Origin: Octopus sinensis
Lineage: Eukaryota
Reading direction: 5' to 3'
Assembly (NCBI RefSeq): GCF_006345805.1
Contig: NC_043003.1
Coordinates: 52,328,001-52,392,000, forward strand
Length of the DNA: 64,000 nt
Positions 37,625-50,932 of the stretch are shown here, in pieces. How positions within the stretch are numbered: position 1 is the first letter of the stretch; each line of letters starts with the position of its first letter. Below the pieces are notes generated by a model. That model had not been told where the DNA came from. It was given only the letters and a program-made list of their open reading frames with translations, and ran no database searches. Both the position numbers and the translations under genes were made by a program.

Positions 37625-38380
37625 AAAGCGTGGCCTGGTAGTTAGAGTACTGCACTTACGTTCGCGAGATCGTAGTTTCGATTTTCAAACCGGCTGCGTG
37701 TTGTTTCTGCAGGAAAACACTTCATTTCACGTCACGCCAGTTCACTTAGCTGTAAATGGATAACCCTGTAACTGACTGGCATTTGATCCAGTGAGATGAT
37801 AGTCGGCCCGCCTAGCCAGAGGGATGACATCTTTCGGAGGCTACAACAAAGAAGTGCATTGTGACCAGCGTTGTGTAACAACATCCAGTAGTATGGTCGA
37901 TATTCTGTGTATACACGTGCACGTACATACATACAAACATACGAACACCACATGGTTCCTGGTATAGTTCTACTGTGTAGCATCTTGGAGAAGTGTCTTC
38001 TACTATAGCCTCGGACCGACCAAAACTTTGAGAGTAGATTTGGTAGACGGAAACTGAAAGAAGTCCTTCGTGTGTGTGTGAGTGTGTGTGTGTTAGTGTG
38101 TGTGTGTGTATATATATATATACACACACACACATATATATATATATGTGAGTATGTGTGCGTGCGTGTCTGTGGCCTTTGTGACTGTGATTGCTCCCTT
38201 CTACCACTTAGTAACCGGTGCGTTGACGTGCACGTAAACTAGCAGTTCAACAATAGCGATTGACAAATAAATGCAAAGTTTAAAAAAATAAGTATAGGGC
38301 TCAATTCATTCGCTTAAAAAAATCATCAAGACGATACCCTAGCACGACCGCAGTCTAATGACTGAAACAAGTAAAAGATA
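37625..38380 (+). mobile_element. SINE-C fragment (37625-37760) and SINE-B copy (37945-38380)
   Basis: Recognisable cores and tail ...CCGCAGTCTAATGACTGAAACAAGTAAAAG. Confidence 0.7.
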
Positions 38381-38384
38381 TTTT

Positions 38385-39147
<763 letters not shown>

Positions 39148-41822
39148 GCCTCAAGGAATGCCTCAACAGCATAAAGTGTTTCATTCAGCAGTGTCAACCT
39201 GACAACATTTTAATGATGGGAGACTTCAACCTTCCCGGGGTTGACTGGTCTACAAACAGTCTGCCGCCAGGTTCTTCTCTCTCAACCCCTGACAGGGAGG
39301 CAGTGGAATCGCTTCTTGACTTCATGGATGACTTCTTCTTGTCCCAACTGGTACTCGAACCAACGAGATGTCACAAAAACGTCTTAGACTTAATTTTCAG
39401 CAATCACACTGATACTATCCACAATATTGCAGTGGAGAAAACCCTACTCTCCGACCATGACATGGTTCTCTGTGATCTGAGATTTCACTGGCCAAAATGC
39501 AAAACAAATGTCATCCCTCCTGTTCATCCATTTGACACTATGGATTTCCACAATGCAAACTGGGAAGCGATCAATAATGATCTTGCACAAGTCGATTGGT
39601 CCTTCACGCACACATACACACCCACTAACATTAAAAAGTCCTGGCAGTCACTTGTAGACATCATCACGAACATATGTGCAAGACACACTCCATTAAGATC
39701 TGCAAACAAATCTAAGTGTCGAATCCCTAGAAATAGAAAATCTCTCATAAGGAAAATTAAAAGAATCAACAAAAAGATCAACATGCTGAAATACTGTCAA
39801 CAGCAACACACCAACCTGACTGCCATCTCGTCGCTAGAGATTAAAAAACATAAACTCCAAAACAACATGATGTCTATCATCAATAGTCAGCGAAGAGCTG
39901 AAGAGGACTGGGCCATTGAGAAGATCAAACTCAATCCCAAAGTGTTCTTTTCATTTGCAAAAAAACACAGAGTCACTGGTTCTTCTGTTGGCCCTCTGAT
40001 TGATGAAAATGGTACTCTTCAAGACAATGCCAAAACCATGGGAGAGATATTGCAGAAACAATATTGCTCTGTTTTCAGCAATCCTGATATGACTGATCTG
40101 GGCTGTATCAGTGATGTTACTCCCCAATACACTTTATCGGACATAACATTTGGCGCTCCTGATGTCTTAGCAGCAATAAAGGAAATGAAGCATAATTCAG
40201 CAGTAGGTCCCGATAGTTTCCCTGCTTGTGTCTTGAAGATGTGTCAAAACCAACTTGCACCCCCTCTAGCCAATCTGTGGCGGAACTCACTGGATGCTGG
40301 ATATATACCAGAGGACCTTCTATCCCAGTCTGTTGTCCCAGTTTTCAAAAAAGGAAACAAATCGCTTGCCGTGAATTACCGTCCAATCTCACTCACCTCT
40401 CATATCATCAAGGTATTTGAGAGGGTGCTGAGATCGCGTATGACTCACTTCCTTGAGAGGCATAATATGCTGAACCCCAACCAGCATGGATTCCGTAATG
40501 GGAGAGATTGCCTGACGCAGCTACTGCATCATTTTGATGACATTTTGAGAGCCTTGGGAGAAGGTTCCAACACTGATGTCATCTACCTTGATTTCAGCAA
40601 GGCCTTTGACAGGGTTGATCATAAGATCCTTCTGAGAAAGCTGTCCAATATTGGTGTCACTGGAAAGTTGCTGCAGTGGATCAAGTGCTTCCTGTCTAAC
40701 AGAAACCAACATGTTGTAGTCGAAGGAGTCAAATCCAGCCCAGCCAAAGTCAGCAGTGGTGTCCCACAAGGCACTGTGTTGGGCCCACTTCTCTTCATCA
40801 TCTACATAAATGATATTACTAATACCATCAAACACAGTAACATCAGAACCTTCGCTGATGACTCCAAGCTCCAGAAGGTCATCAATGGCGTGGATGACCG
40901 AATAAACCTTCAGTCAGACCTACTGGCTGTTGTCCAATGGGCGGAAAAGAATAACATGTTGCTAAATGAAGACAAATTTGAACTGATCCACTTTGGAAGG
41001 GAGGACGCTCTGAAACTCCCATACTCTCTTCCTTCTGGAGAAATTCTCATGGCATCCAACAACATCAGAGACCTGGGAGTAACAGTGGACAACAACATAA
41101 GCTGGGCTACACATATAGCAGCAAAGTTGACATGGCCCGCAGAATGTGTTCCTGGATTCTCAGAACCTTCCAGTCGAGAGATTCCCACGCTATTATCCTT
41201 CTCTTCTCCACTTTTGCCCGACCCCACCTTGAATACTGCTGTCCACTGTGGTCTCCCTACACAAAACAAAATATTATGAGAATTGAAGCTCCCCAAAGGT
41301 CAATCACAAAAAAGATAGATGGCATGTCACACCTTGACTACTGGGGTAGACTAGAGAAGCTGAAATTGTATTCACTCCAACGACGCCGTGAACGCTACAT
41401 TATCTGTATGATGTGGAAAATATTCCACCAGCACTGTCCGAATGATGTTGGCATCACCTTCAAAATGCATCCAAGGCTTGGACCACGTGCCATCCGTCCA
41501 CAACAAAAATCTAAATCGCATCACATAACGACAATACGGCACAACTATTTCACCTCAATTGGACCTGCTCTCTTCAACATTACACCAGGGCACGTAAAAA
41601 AGAAACTGACCACACAAAATTCAAGAAGTCTTTGGACAAATTCCTTCAAACAGTACCGGACAAACCACCCACACCCGGATATGTCTCCGCGAACAATAAC
41701 TCTCTGCTCGAATGGGCCTTGGTGCCCAAATCCTGAACTGAAAGACTTCACCAGGTGGTGCTATTAAGTTAGACATGGCCTGGGCCAATACTGGCCAAAA
41801 CCTTTCTAAGTTATTCTAAGTT
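39148..41822 (+). mobile_element. CR1-group LINE (A), 5'-truncated, young
   Basis: 688-aa ORF 39213-41279 with the APE C-terminus (GDFN, LSDH) and complete RT (YRPISLTS, QHGF, YLDFSKAFDRV, GVPQGTVLGP, FADD). One frameshift near 41125 continues into PHLEYCCPLWSP (41132-41767). 3' end with (TTCTAAGTTA)n. Confidence 0.92.
39213..41279 (+). CDS. Reverse transcriptase ORF of CR1-group LINE (truncated, frameshifted at the C-terminus)
   Basis: Uninterrupted 688-codon ORF with RT motifs. Confidence 0.85.
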   Translation: MMGDFNLPGVDWSTNSLPPGSSLSTPDREAVESLLDFMDDFFLSQLVLEPTRCHKNVLDLIFSNHTDTIHNIAVEKTLLSDHDMVLCDLRFHWPKCKTNVIPPVHPFDTMDFHNANWEAINNDLAQVDWSFTHTYTPTNIKKSWQSLVDIITNICARHTPLRSANKSKCRIPRNRKSLIRKIKRINKKINMLKYCQQQHTNLTAISSLEIKKHKLQNNMMSIINSQRRAEEDWAIEKIKLNPKVFFSFAKKHRVTGSSVGPLIDENGTLQDNAKTMGEILQKQYCSVFSNPDMTDLGCISDVTPQYTLSDITFGAPDVLAAIKEMKHNSAVGPDSFPACVLKMCQNQLAPPLANLWRNSLDAGYIPEDLLSQSVVPVFKKGNKSLAVNYRPISLTSHIIKVFERVLRSRMTHFLERHNMLNPNQHGFRNGRDCLTQLLHHFDDILRALGEGSNTDVIYLDFSKAFDRVDHKILLRKLSNIGVTGKLLQWIKCFLSNRNQHVVVEGVKSSPAKVSSGVPQGTVLGPLLFIIYINDITNTIKHSNIRTFADDSKLQKVINGVDDRINLQSDLLAVVQWAEKNNMLLNEDKFELIHFGREDALKLPYSLPSGEILMASNNIRDLGVTVDNNISWATHIAAKLTWPAECVPGFSEPSSREIPTLLSFSSPLLPDPTLNTAVHCGLPTQNKIL

Positions 41823-41838
41823 ATATATATATATATAC

Positions 41839-41894
<56 letters not shown>

Positions 41895-41920
41895 CATATA
41901 TATATATATATATACATATA

Positions 41921-43226
41921 AATCCTTAAATCCTTAAAAATGTTTTAGCCCGAAGGCCGCGGCCATGCTGGGGCACCACCGCTGAATGAGCTACACTAGT
42001 TTGTGAATCCACCTCTGATACGTGGCACTTGATCAACAAGGGAGTTCGATGCTGCTGCCCGCATCCGCGTCTCCTGTCGTGAGGTAGGTTCATCTGGGAC
42101 TCCCAACAAGAGGAGATCCAGTTTAGTTTTAAAGAAACCCACATCCACACCATGTAAGTCTCTCAGGCATTTAGGGAGGATGTTAAAGAGCTGTGGTCCT
42201 CTGAAACCCAAGCTGTTGCAGTATCTGGACCTGTATTTTGATGGTGATGTTGGAATCCTTGGCACCACGCAGCGGCGCCCGTTCTGCGGTTGGAGTAACT
42301 TTGAATGCCAAAGTTTGGGACAAGACCCTCCAGGATTTTCCAGATGTATATCACTGCATATCTCTCCCGCCTCCGCTCTAGGGAGAAGAGGTTTAATACC
42401 TTCAGTCTTTCCCAGTAGCTGATATTTTGCATTGAGACGATTTTCTTTGTGTAGCTTCTCTGAATTGCTTCGAGTTCTGCTGTTTGTTTTTTATTGTGTG
42501 GTGACCAAAGTTGGGAGCAGTAGTCCAAGCGGCTGAGGACGAATGTTTTCCATAGGACCATCAGTGTCTCCTTCTCTCTTGTTCTGAAAGTTCGGAGAAT
42601 CCATCCAGCTAGCCGTCTGCATTTTATCACCAGATTAGCAATATGCATATGGAAAGATGCATTATTGCTCATGTCAATGCCCAGATCACGCACTGATTTT
42701 GACTCAGGGATTGCAATTCTTCCTGGGCCAGTGTATCCAGTCTTCACGTCATTTACCTTTGTGTGCCAATAGCGCAGGGCCTGGAACTTACCTGCATTAA
42801 ATCATGGTTGTCCTCAGCCCACCTGTATTTGTTGTCCAGCTCATGTTGCAGATGCGCAATATTTTCAGGGTTTTGTATTGCGTGGGAGACTTTTGTGTCA
42901 TCTGCATAGCTAGCAAGGGTGGTCATCGTAGCAACTGAAGGCATGTCTGAAAGGGCCACTATGAACATCAGTGGCCCCAAGACAGTGCCCTGTGGGACAA
43001 CCGCTTGTTATTTGCGTTTCCTTGGAGGTGGCTCCATTGCTCACAACTGCCTGTTTTCTGTCTTTTAGGAAGTTGTGCAGCCACTCTCCAAGTTTCCCGC
43101 CTATGCCGAGACCACGCAGTTTGTGACAGATCATACCATGGTCGACTTTATCAAAGGCTTTTGCAAAGTCGAGATATATTACATCCACATTTGAGCCATT
43201 TAGTAGCTGTTTCAAACCCAGTCATA
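41921..43226 (-). mobile_element. CR1-group LINE (B), 5'-truncated, degenerate; tail-to-tail with LINE A
   Basis: VDVIYLDFAKAFDKVDH, YADD, SRLDYCSQLWSP, FSLERRRERY across several frames; tail (TTAAGGA)n. Confidence 0.9.
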
Positions 43227-43269
43227 GTGTGGCAGGAGCTGTGTTATAATATATATATTATATATATAT

Positions 43270-43329
<60 letters not shown>

Positions 43330-43350
43330 CACATATATATATATATATAC

Positions 43351-43403
<53 letters not shown>

Positions 43404-43408
43404 TATAT

Positions 43409-43804
43409 ACTAGCAGTATCGCCCGGCGTTGCTCGGGTTTGTAAGGGAAATAACTATATAAGCATTTTTAGAGAGTTATAGCCAAAAAATAGGAAAAAAA
43501 TGCATTAAAAATGAAAAAAAAATTAAGGCAAATTTCTTTTTAAATCGTTGACACATCGTAGATATTTTTAGAGAGTTACTTCCCTTATATAATAGCGAAA
43601 AATGCATTAAAATGGAAAAATATGATGGTAAATTTTTTTAAATCGTAGACTCATCGTAGACGCGCGCTAATACCCAGAAGGGCTGGATATGACTCACGAC
43701 TATAAGATACCCGGTTTTGGTTAAACTGCACCGCAAAATGTGGGAGTATTTACGAATCTAAACCGGGTAGACAGACACACAACTTCACTCTTATATATAA
43801 AGAT
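43409..43804 (+). mobile_element. Helitron-like element copy 3
   Basis: Same termini as copy 1. Confidence 0.8.
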
Positions 43805-44639
43805 ATAAGTCACGTAGTTATATACACATACTTGTTTATATACACATTCTTAAAAGAAAATGTTATTTTGAATACAACATTTATAAAGAATAAAATATTT
43901 TTTGGTTTTTCTTACCCTTTCGTTACTATATTTCTGACCAAAATACACCCCTTATGTGTTTCAATTAATTTCTAACGTAATCATAAATTTAGTCTGGTTT
44001 CATTAAACAACAATAACTTTTTTATTTATCAATATATTAACGTGAATTTTGGAAGATAATTTAATGAAATGTCCTCAACCAACTCTATACTATAATTTTT
44101 GTCAGAAAGTGACTCTAATTGCAGGTAGATACAGGTAAATCAACAATATATAAAATTATTAAATTTTGTTCAAACATCGCTATAGAAATGGGTTATTAGC
44201 TAATATTCAATTGGGTATACAACAAAATTTTACGATAGAATTTGTTATTCTGGGTAACTTTCTGATACCCATAATAATATTTATGGCAAAATAGGCCTTA
44301 ATTTCATTTAAGGTTGTGGGAAATAACAAACTATCGTTTCTTTCGTTTTGTTTACGTTTAGCGTAACGTTTCGATTCTGCCGTAATGATTTCAAATGGCT
44401 CATTCGAAAAAGTAAATAGAAATAGTCTAAGGCTTTACTCTTCTGGGAAAGTCTGTGGCTTGGTGCAGTTTTCTTCAGAAAAATCACCGAAAGAAACAGT
44501 TTTTAAATTTTCACTCCATTCAGTACCAATTCATTTTCTTAATCGCTGTCGGATTCACTGTTTTCACTTAATAGCTGCAAACTTGCAAAGACAAAGGAGG
44601 AGAAGGGTGATAGCGTCAGTGAAACAATTCGCTCCCTTT

Positions 44640-45105
44640 GTGTGTGTGTGCGTTTGCGTGTGGTGTAAACCACATTAAGAAAAACATTTGACATACACAC
44701 CAGAATGTGATTTTTCTGCAGACGCTTTCTTAGCCATTTCTGTTTGGGTGTCTTGAAGCCATGAGTCGTTGTTCTAAAAGAACACTGGTCTCCTTGACAA
44801 CGCATACGACGTTGATTTCCTTACACTCCCTTCCCCACAGGTGCAGGTGTGAGCGTGGACGCCAACTCCGCCGCCATCGACACACGAAAAATTATGCATT
44901 AAAATGGGATATAAAAATGATGTTAAATTATTTTTAAATCGTAGACTCATCGTAGACGCGCGCTAATATTCAGACGGGCTCGATATGAATCACGACTATA
45001 AGCTACCCGAATTTGGTTAAACTGTACCGCAAAATGTGGGAGTAGTTAGGAATCTAAATCGAAGGGGACAGACACTCACACAACTACAGTTTTATATATA
45101 TAGAT
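44640..45105 (+). mobile_element. Helitron-like element copy 4 (no 5' terminus; chimeric with the 46010 family)
   Basis: 3' body identical in type to copy 1; 5' part matches 46020-46100. Confidence 0.7.
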
Positions 45106-45149
45106 AACATAGCGCAGTAGTGGTGAGATATGACAGCAAAGAAAAGCAT

Positions 45150-45500
45150 ACATTCACTCTCTGCATGCAATTAGACTCGGAAAGTTCGTGAGGAACCCAT
45201 TGACCCAATTTGCTGACTTTTCCGATAGCACACAGGTGTCAATGAATGGTTGAATGACCAAATCCAAGCTTCTCTGCTAGTTCCTCAACGGTTACAATGA
45301 TATTTTGTTCCACCAGGGTTTCAGGATGTCCTTGTCGAGTTCTACAGATCTTTCAGGATGAGGCTCGTCTTCTAGGCTGTAGTTTATGGCTCGGATTTCT
45401 GGAACCACCATTGACACTGCCTTACGCTTATTGTCCAATCCCCATATACTGCATTAATATTTCTTGTACTTTGCACACATTTATATTCTGTTATTCTTTT
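45150..45500 (-). mobile_element. Mariner transposase N-terminal fragment
   Basis: NINAVYGDWTISVRQCQWWFQKF...TVEELAEKLG...KLGQWVPHEL (WVPHEL motif). Confidence 0.8.
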
Positions 45501-45536
45501 ATATGTTTCAGCCTTGAGGTTGTGGCCATGCTGGAT

Positions 45537-45572
<36 letters not shown>

Positions 45573-46009
45573 TATCTGTCTGTCTGTCTGTATGTATATA
45601 TGTATATGTATGTGTGTGAACAATAATATTTTCAACAGATGTGTTGCAAATGTATCTGATTGTTCTCAAGCTTCAATACTGTGTGTGTGTGTGTATGTGT
45701 GTGTGTGTATGTATGTATGTATATGTATGTATGTATGTATGTGTGTATGTATGTATGTGTGTGTGTATGTATGTGTGTGTGTATGTATGTATGTATGTAT
45801 GTATGTATGTATGTATGTATGTATGTATGTATGTATGTATGTATGAGTGTATGTTTACTTTATTACTAATTACTCTCTTCCAAACATTTTCACTCACTCT
45901 TAGCTCTTAGCTTCCCATACATTTTACTCATATCTATCAGCGTCATAGACAGAATACTTTCACTTTAGTCTTCCTCAAATCACTCTGTCGCTATTTACTT
46001 TCATTTTAT

Positions 46010-46263
46010 TCGTTGCCCACTGTGTGTGTGCGTTGGCGTGTGGTGTAAACCAGACTAAGAAAAGCATTTGACACACACACCAGAATGTGAGTTTTTCTGT
46101 AAATTTTGCTTAATTGGAGTTTAAATTTTAAAAACTGGACCTGGCATGACGCGATGCATTGTACTCTCAAAAATGCCAGGTAAATTGTAATTGAAGAAAT
46201 CCTATATTGTAGATTTGTATAACTCCCAAAGGGAGGCAGATAAAATCTGCCTTTTATAATAAG
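46010..46263 (+). mobile_element. Second Helitron-like family with 3' hairpin AGGCAGATAAAATCTGCCT; duplicate at 47812-48065
   Basis: Near-identical ~255-bp copies ending in hairpin + TTTATAATAAGA. Confidence 0.6.
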
Positions 46264-46655
46264 ACTAGCAGTATCGCCCGGCGTTGCTCGGGTTTGTAAG
46301 GGAAATAATTATAAGCATTTTAGAGATGTAAAGTATAATAGCCATCTCAATATGGCTAACCACAAGGGGGAGGGGTGTTACTGTAGCTTTTTACGTTCTG
46401 AGATTTAATAATAAATTTTAGAGAGTTACTTCCCTTATATATGTCAAAATGGATTAAAAATGGGAAAAATTGATGGTAAATTTTTTTTTAAATCGTAGAC
46501 TCATCGTAGACGCGCGCTAATACCCAGACGGTCTCGATATGAATCACGACTATAAGATACCCGGTTTTGGTTAAACTGCACCGCAAAATGTGGGAGTAGT
46601 TAGGAATCTAAATCGTAGGAGACAGACACACAACCTCACTTTTATATATAAAGAT
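46264..46655 (+). mobile_element. Helitron-like element copy 5
   Basis: Same termini as copy 1; abuts the 3' end of the 46010 element. Confidence 0.8.
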
Positions 46656-47085
46656 TTCCTCTATTTACATAATATTGAGGTCTCTTTCTTTCTTTTGTTA
46701 TCTTACTGTTTTTACCAATATACATATATATATATATATATATAAATATATATATAGTTACAGAGATGTACTTGCATAGCAAGTGACTTGATCTGAGATC
46801 GTGTGCTGGAACGAAAACAGTTGCAGCGTTGAAGGTGTTTATAAGCCATTTAAGAAACACACAAAACCGTTAGATTCACTTCAACATTTAAATTAAATTT
46901 GTCAAAATATTTTCGTCGCTTTGAGACCGCGACCTGTTAGCACGATATTTTTGTCAGTGAACAGGTCGCGGTCTCAAAGCGACGAAAATATTTTGGCAAA
47001 TTAAATTTAAATGTTGAAGTGAATGTAACGGTTTTTGTGTGTTTCTTAATGGCTTACAAACACCTTCCACGCTGCATGCAATATA
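46656..47085. mobile_element. Penelope-like pseudo-LTR segment with a 116-bp inverted repeat
   Basis: Arms 46823-46938 and 46960-47075 (5 substitutions and 2 indels by hand count), 21-nt spacer; 46656-46720 recurs inverted at ~60170-60240. PLE identity is inferred from architecture and the hammerhead-like motif. Confidence 0.55.
46950..47000 (+). ncRNA. Candidate minimal type-I hammerhead ribozyme with G3-C8 variant core
   Basis: Stem I TTTGTCA/TGGCAAA; core GTGAACA plus an extra G; stem II GTCGC/GCGAC; GAAA; palindromic stem III AATATT; H17 = U. Confidence 0.5.
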
Positions 47086-47375
47086 ATATACACACATATA
47101 TATATATGTATGTATGTATGTATGTGTGTATATGTGTATGCATGTATGTGTGTGTGTGTGCGTGTCTGTGCTTGTGATTGTCCTCCACCACTGCTTGAAA
47201 CGAATGTTGGTTTGTTTACACCCTGTCACCTAGTGGTTTGACAAAGGAAACAGAATAAGTACAATGCTTACAAAAATAAAACTGGAGTTGATTCATTAAA
47301 CTACAATTCTTCAAGGCATTGCCCCAGCATGGCCACAGAGCAATGGCTGGAAAAAGCAGAAGAATAAAAGAATTG

Positions 47376-47572
47376 AGGGGGACCTCTACATGGTAGCTAG
47401 ACCTGGTAGAAATAGCAGCAAAATTTCCCCCAAATCACACCCTACTGTCTTATCTATGTATATATGTATGTATGAGCCTATGAGGGAGACCCCTACATGG
47501 CAGCTAGACATGGTAGAAATAGCAGCCAAATCTCCCTCAAATCACACCTTACTGTCTTATCTTTCTGCTACT
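47376..47572 (+). repeat. Two-copy tandem repeat, period ~113 bp
   Basis: GAGGG(G/A)GACC...TAGAAATAGCAGC...AAATCACACC(C/T)TACTGTCTTATCT occurs twice. Confidence 0.75.
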
Positions 47573-48061
47573 TGGATATAGGTGTTATATTCGTCTAAAA
47601 AAACTTTCCTGTCACACACTCACGCACACACACACACACACGCACCGTCACACACACACACAACGCGCAGCGCACAACACACACACAGACTCACACACAC
47701 GCACGTTAGCTTACAATTTTATTTATATATTTGCGTGTGTATGTGTGGAAAGAAGAAGGGAGGGCAGAGTGAAAGAATCACTCACTACAGTAAGTGAATT
47801 AGTTTCATTTTATTCGTTGCCCACTGTGTGGTGCGTTTGCGTGTGGTGTAAACCAGACTAAGAAAAGCATTTGACACACACACCAGAATGTGAGTTTTTC
47901 TGTAAATTTGCTTAATTGGAGTTTAAATTTTAAAAACTGGACCTGGCATGACGCGATGCATTGTACTCTTAAAATGCGAGGTAAATTGTAATTGAAGAAA
48001 TCCATATTGTAGATTTGTATAACTCCCAAAGGGAGGCAGATAAAATCTGCCTTTTATAATA

Positions 48062-48124
<63 letters not shown>

Positions 48125-48130
48125 ATAACA

Positions 48131-48202
<72 letters not shown>

Positions 48203-48255
48203 TATATATACATATATATATATATATACACATATATATACACCACACACTATTA

Positions 48256-48289
<34 letters not shown>

Positions 48290-48338
48290 CACACACATAC
48301 ACCACACAAACACACCAACACACACCACACACACATAT

Positions 48339-48371
<33 letters not shown>

Positions 48372-48416
48372 TATATATATATAATATATATATGTATATG
48401 TATGTGTGTATATATA

Positions 48417-50693
48417 CAGTGTGCCCCCGCTTATTCGCGGTCCAGGTTATTTGCGAAACGAAGAATTGTTCGCGGAAACTACCGCATATTCGCGGAATCG
48501 TAAATATCGTCCGCGAATTTTAAAAAATTCATTCGTAGCAATCTCTCTCCTCTCTCTCTCTCTCTCTCCCTCTCTCTCTCTCTCTCCCTCTCTCTCTCTT
48601 TCTGTCTTATTATTATTACAGTATAGATTACTGTATCTAGCGTTAATACTAACTAAATTTTTCCAAACCATCCTTATTTTCACTCTCTGCTCAATCTCCC
48701 ATTATGGTATGCGCATATTAGACGCTAGGAAGATTTTTTGGGAAAAACTGCATCCAGTAATTGCCTCGAGTATTTTGTTGAATGTTGTTTTTCGCAGCAT
48801 GTTATTAAAGCCCAAAGATGCCAACCAAACGCCCTACACCTAAGGCTTCTGGCAGCGAACCTAAGCACTAGTAAAAGGTTATGACGTTCCATGAGAAGGT
48901 ACTATTGCTGGATATGCTCCAGGAAAGTAAAAGTTATGCTGCAGCAGTTCACTGTTACGATGCCAACGAAAGCACTACATACGCGACATACAGAAAACGA
49001 GGTGGCGATCATGTCTACCGTAGCAATAAGTTTCTGTGAAAGTGCCAAAAAGATAACGACAGTGAGAAATAAGCACTTGGTCAGGATGGACTCTGCCTTG
49101 GCATTGTGGATCAGTAACCGCAAGAAGAAAAACATTCCCTTGAGTGGTGACATCATCCGCGAGAAAGCACTGAAATTATACCAGCAGTTCGACAGAGGAG
49201 ACGGAGCAGAAGGCATTGAAGAACCACAACCTAGACCATTGACAACACCGGAGCCCAAAGATTTTCAAGTCAGCTAGGGATGGTTTGACCGTTTCCAGAA
49301 ACGGTTTAAAATAAAGTGTTTCCCTGCATAGAGAGACAGTATCAGCCGACAAAGAAGCCGCTGAGAAGTACTTTGAGACCTTCAGGCAGACATCGAGGAC
49401 AAGGGATACAAGCCGGGACAGGTTTTCAATATGGACGAGACTGGCTTGTTCTGGAAGATGCCTTGTAGAACGTACATCATGATGGACGAAGCCAGAGCCC
49501 AGAAGGACTGAGTGACGCTAGTTATGTATGGAAAGTCCACGAAACCGAGGGCCTTCAAAAATAAGAATAAAAACCTGCTGCCTGTCCACTCGATGCACAA
49601 CCCCAAGGTCTGGATTACCAAAAGTCTAACTTTGAATTAGTTTCTCCAATGTTTTAGCCCTCAAACCAAGGAATACCTCCAAAACGTATGCATGGAATTC
49701 AAGGAGTTGCTTGTTATGTATAATCATGGTAGTAACTCTTTGGATTTGAGTCACTAGGGAGTCAAATCGAGTTTCTCCCGGCTAACTCGGAACTCTATTC
49801 AACACCTTGTGGACGCAATGGATTCGGACGAGAAATTCAAATTAAAGGAATACTGGCGTAACCTCACGATCGCAACGTGCCTATTAGTCATCCACGCTGC
49901 TCTTAAAGACATGAGAAAAGAAACCCTCATCGCATGCTGGAAGGTGTGTCCAGAACTACGAGAGCTTCTCACCTGAAGATATTAAGAACGAGGCTGTCAA
50001 CAATGCGGTGAAACTGGCAGATGCACTTGGAGGCAGAGGTTTTGACATCACGCAAGATGAGGTCAACAATCTCATCGATGCCCACTCTGAAACCCCGACA
50101 GACGAAGATTTGTTGGAGTTAACTATGTCTGCCAGCGAAGAGGAGGAAGAAGCGCCAGATCCAAAGGAAGAAGAGGATGAGGTGGGCCTGACAATCAAAC
50201 GTCTGTCCGACCTTTTAAGGACAGCAAAGGAATTGCAAGGGAAGGTGGTAACATAGGATCCCTATATGGTTCGGTCTCTCCAATTTAAATATACCAATTT
50301 AAATATACCATGCAGGCATATAAAACTCTCCTCACCACGATGAAGAAACAACGACAGCAATTTTCCATCACAATGTTCCTCGAGCCCACCAAGAAGGCAT
50401 TGCAGATAGATACGACATCCTCTAAAACACCCGAAGAGCTCTAAATCTTCATTGCTGTGCAGGCATTACCTTCATTATTTTCATCATCATCGTCTTAAAT
50501 CAATATCATTCATTATTGGTGAGTAACCGTATTTTACTTTACTATTTATTAAATTATTATTAAATATTATATATATATATATATATAAAATATTTTATGT
50601 CATATTTTGACATTTATAGGCATTTTTATGGACCACGTTCAATATTTGCGGGTGCTCTAGGAACGTAACCCCCGCGAATACCGGGGACTACTA
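48417..50693 (+). mobile_element. Tigger/pogo transposon, degenerate
   Basis: TA-CAGTGTGCCCCCGCTTATTCGCGG and CCGCGAATACCGGGGACTACTA termini; CENP-B-type HTH (MDSALALWI...IPLSGDIIREKALKLY), GWFDRF, and DDE_1 motif QVFNMDETGLFWKMP; many stops. Confidence 0.88.
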
Positions 50694-50725
50694 TATATAT
50701 ATATAATATAATAATAATAATAATA

Positions 50726-50766
<41 letters not shown>

Positions 50767-50897
50767 TTAGGGAGTATAACTCCAAACTTACAGGGAAAAA
50801 TTCAATTTAGTATTAAATCAAATTTCGTTATTTATGTATTGGTTTCTGTCTATCACTGGTTGATTTGCATAATAGTGGTTTTATCTCTAATTTATAT

Positions 50898-50931
<34 letters not shown>

Positions 50932-50932
50932 T

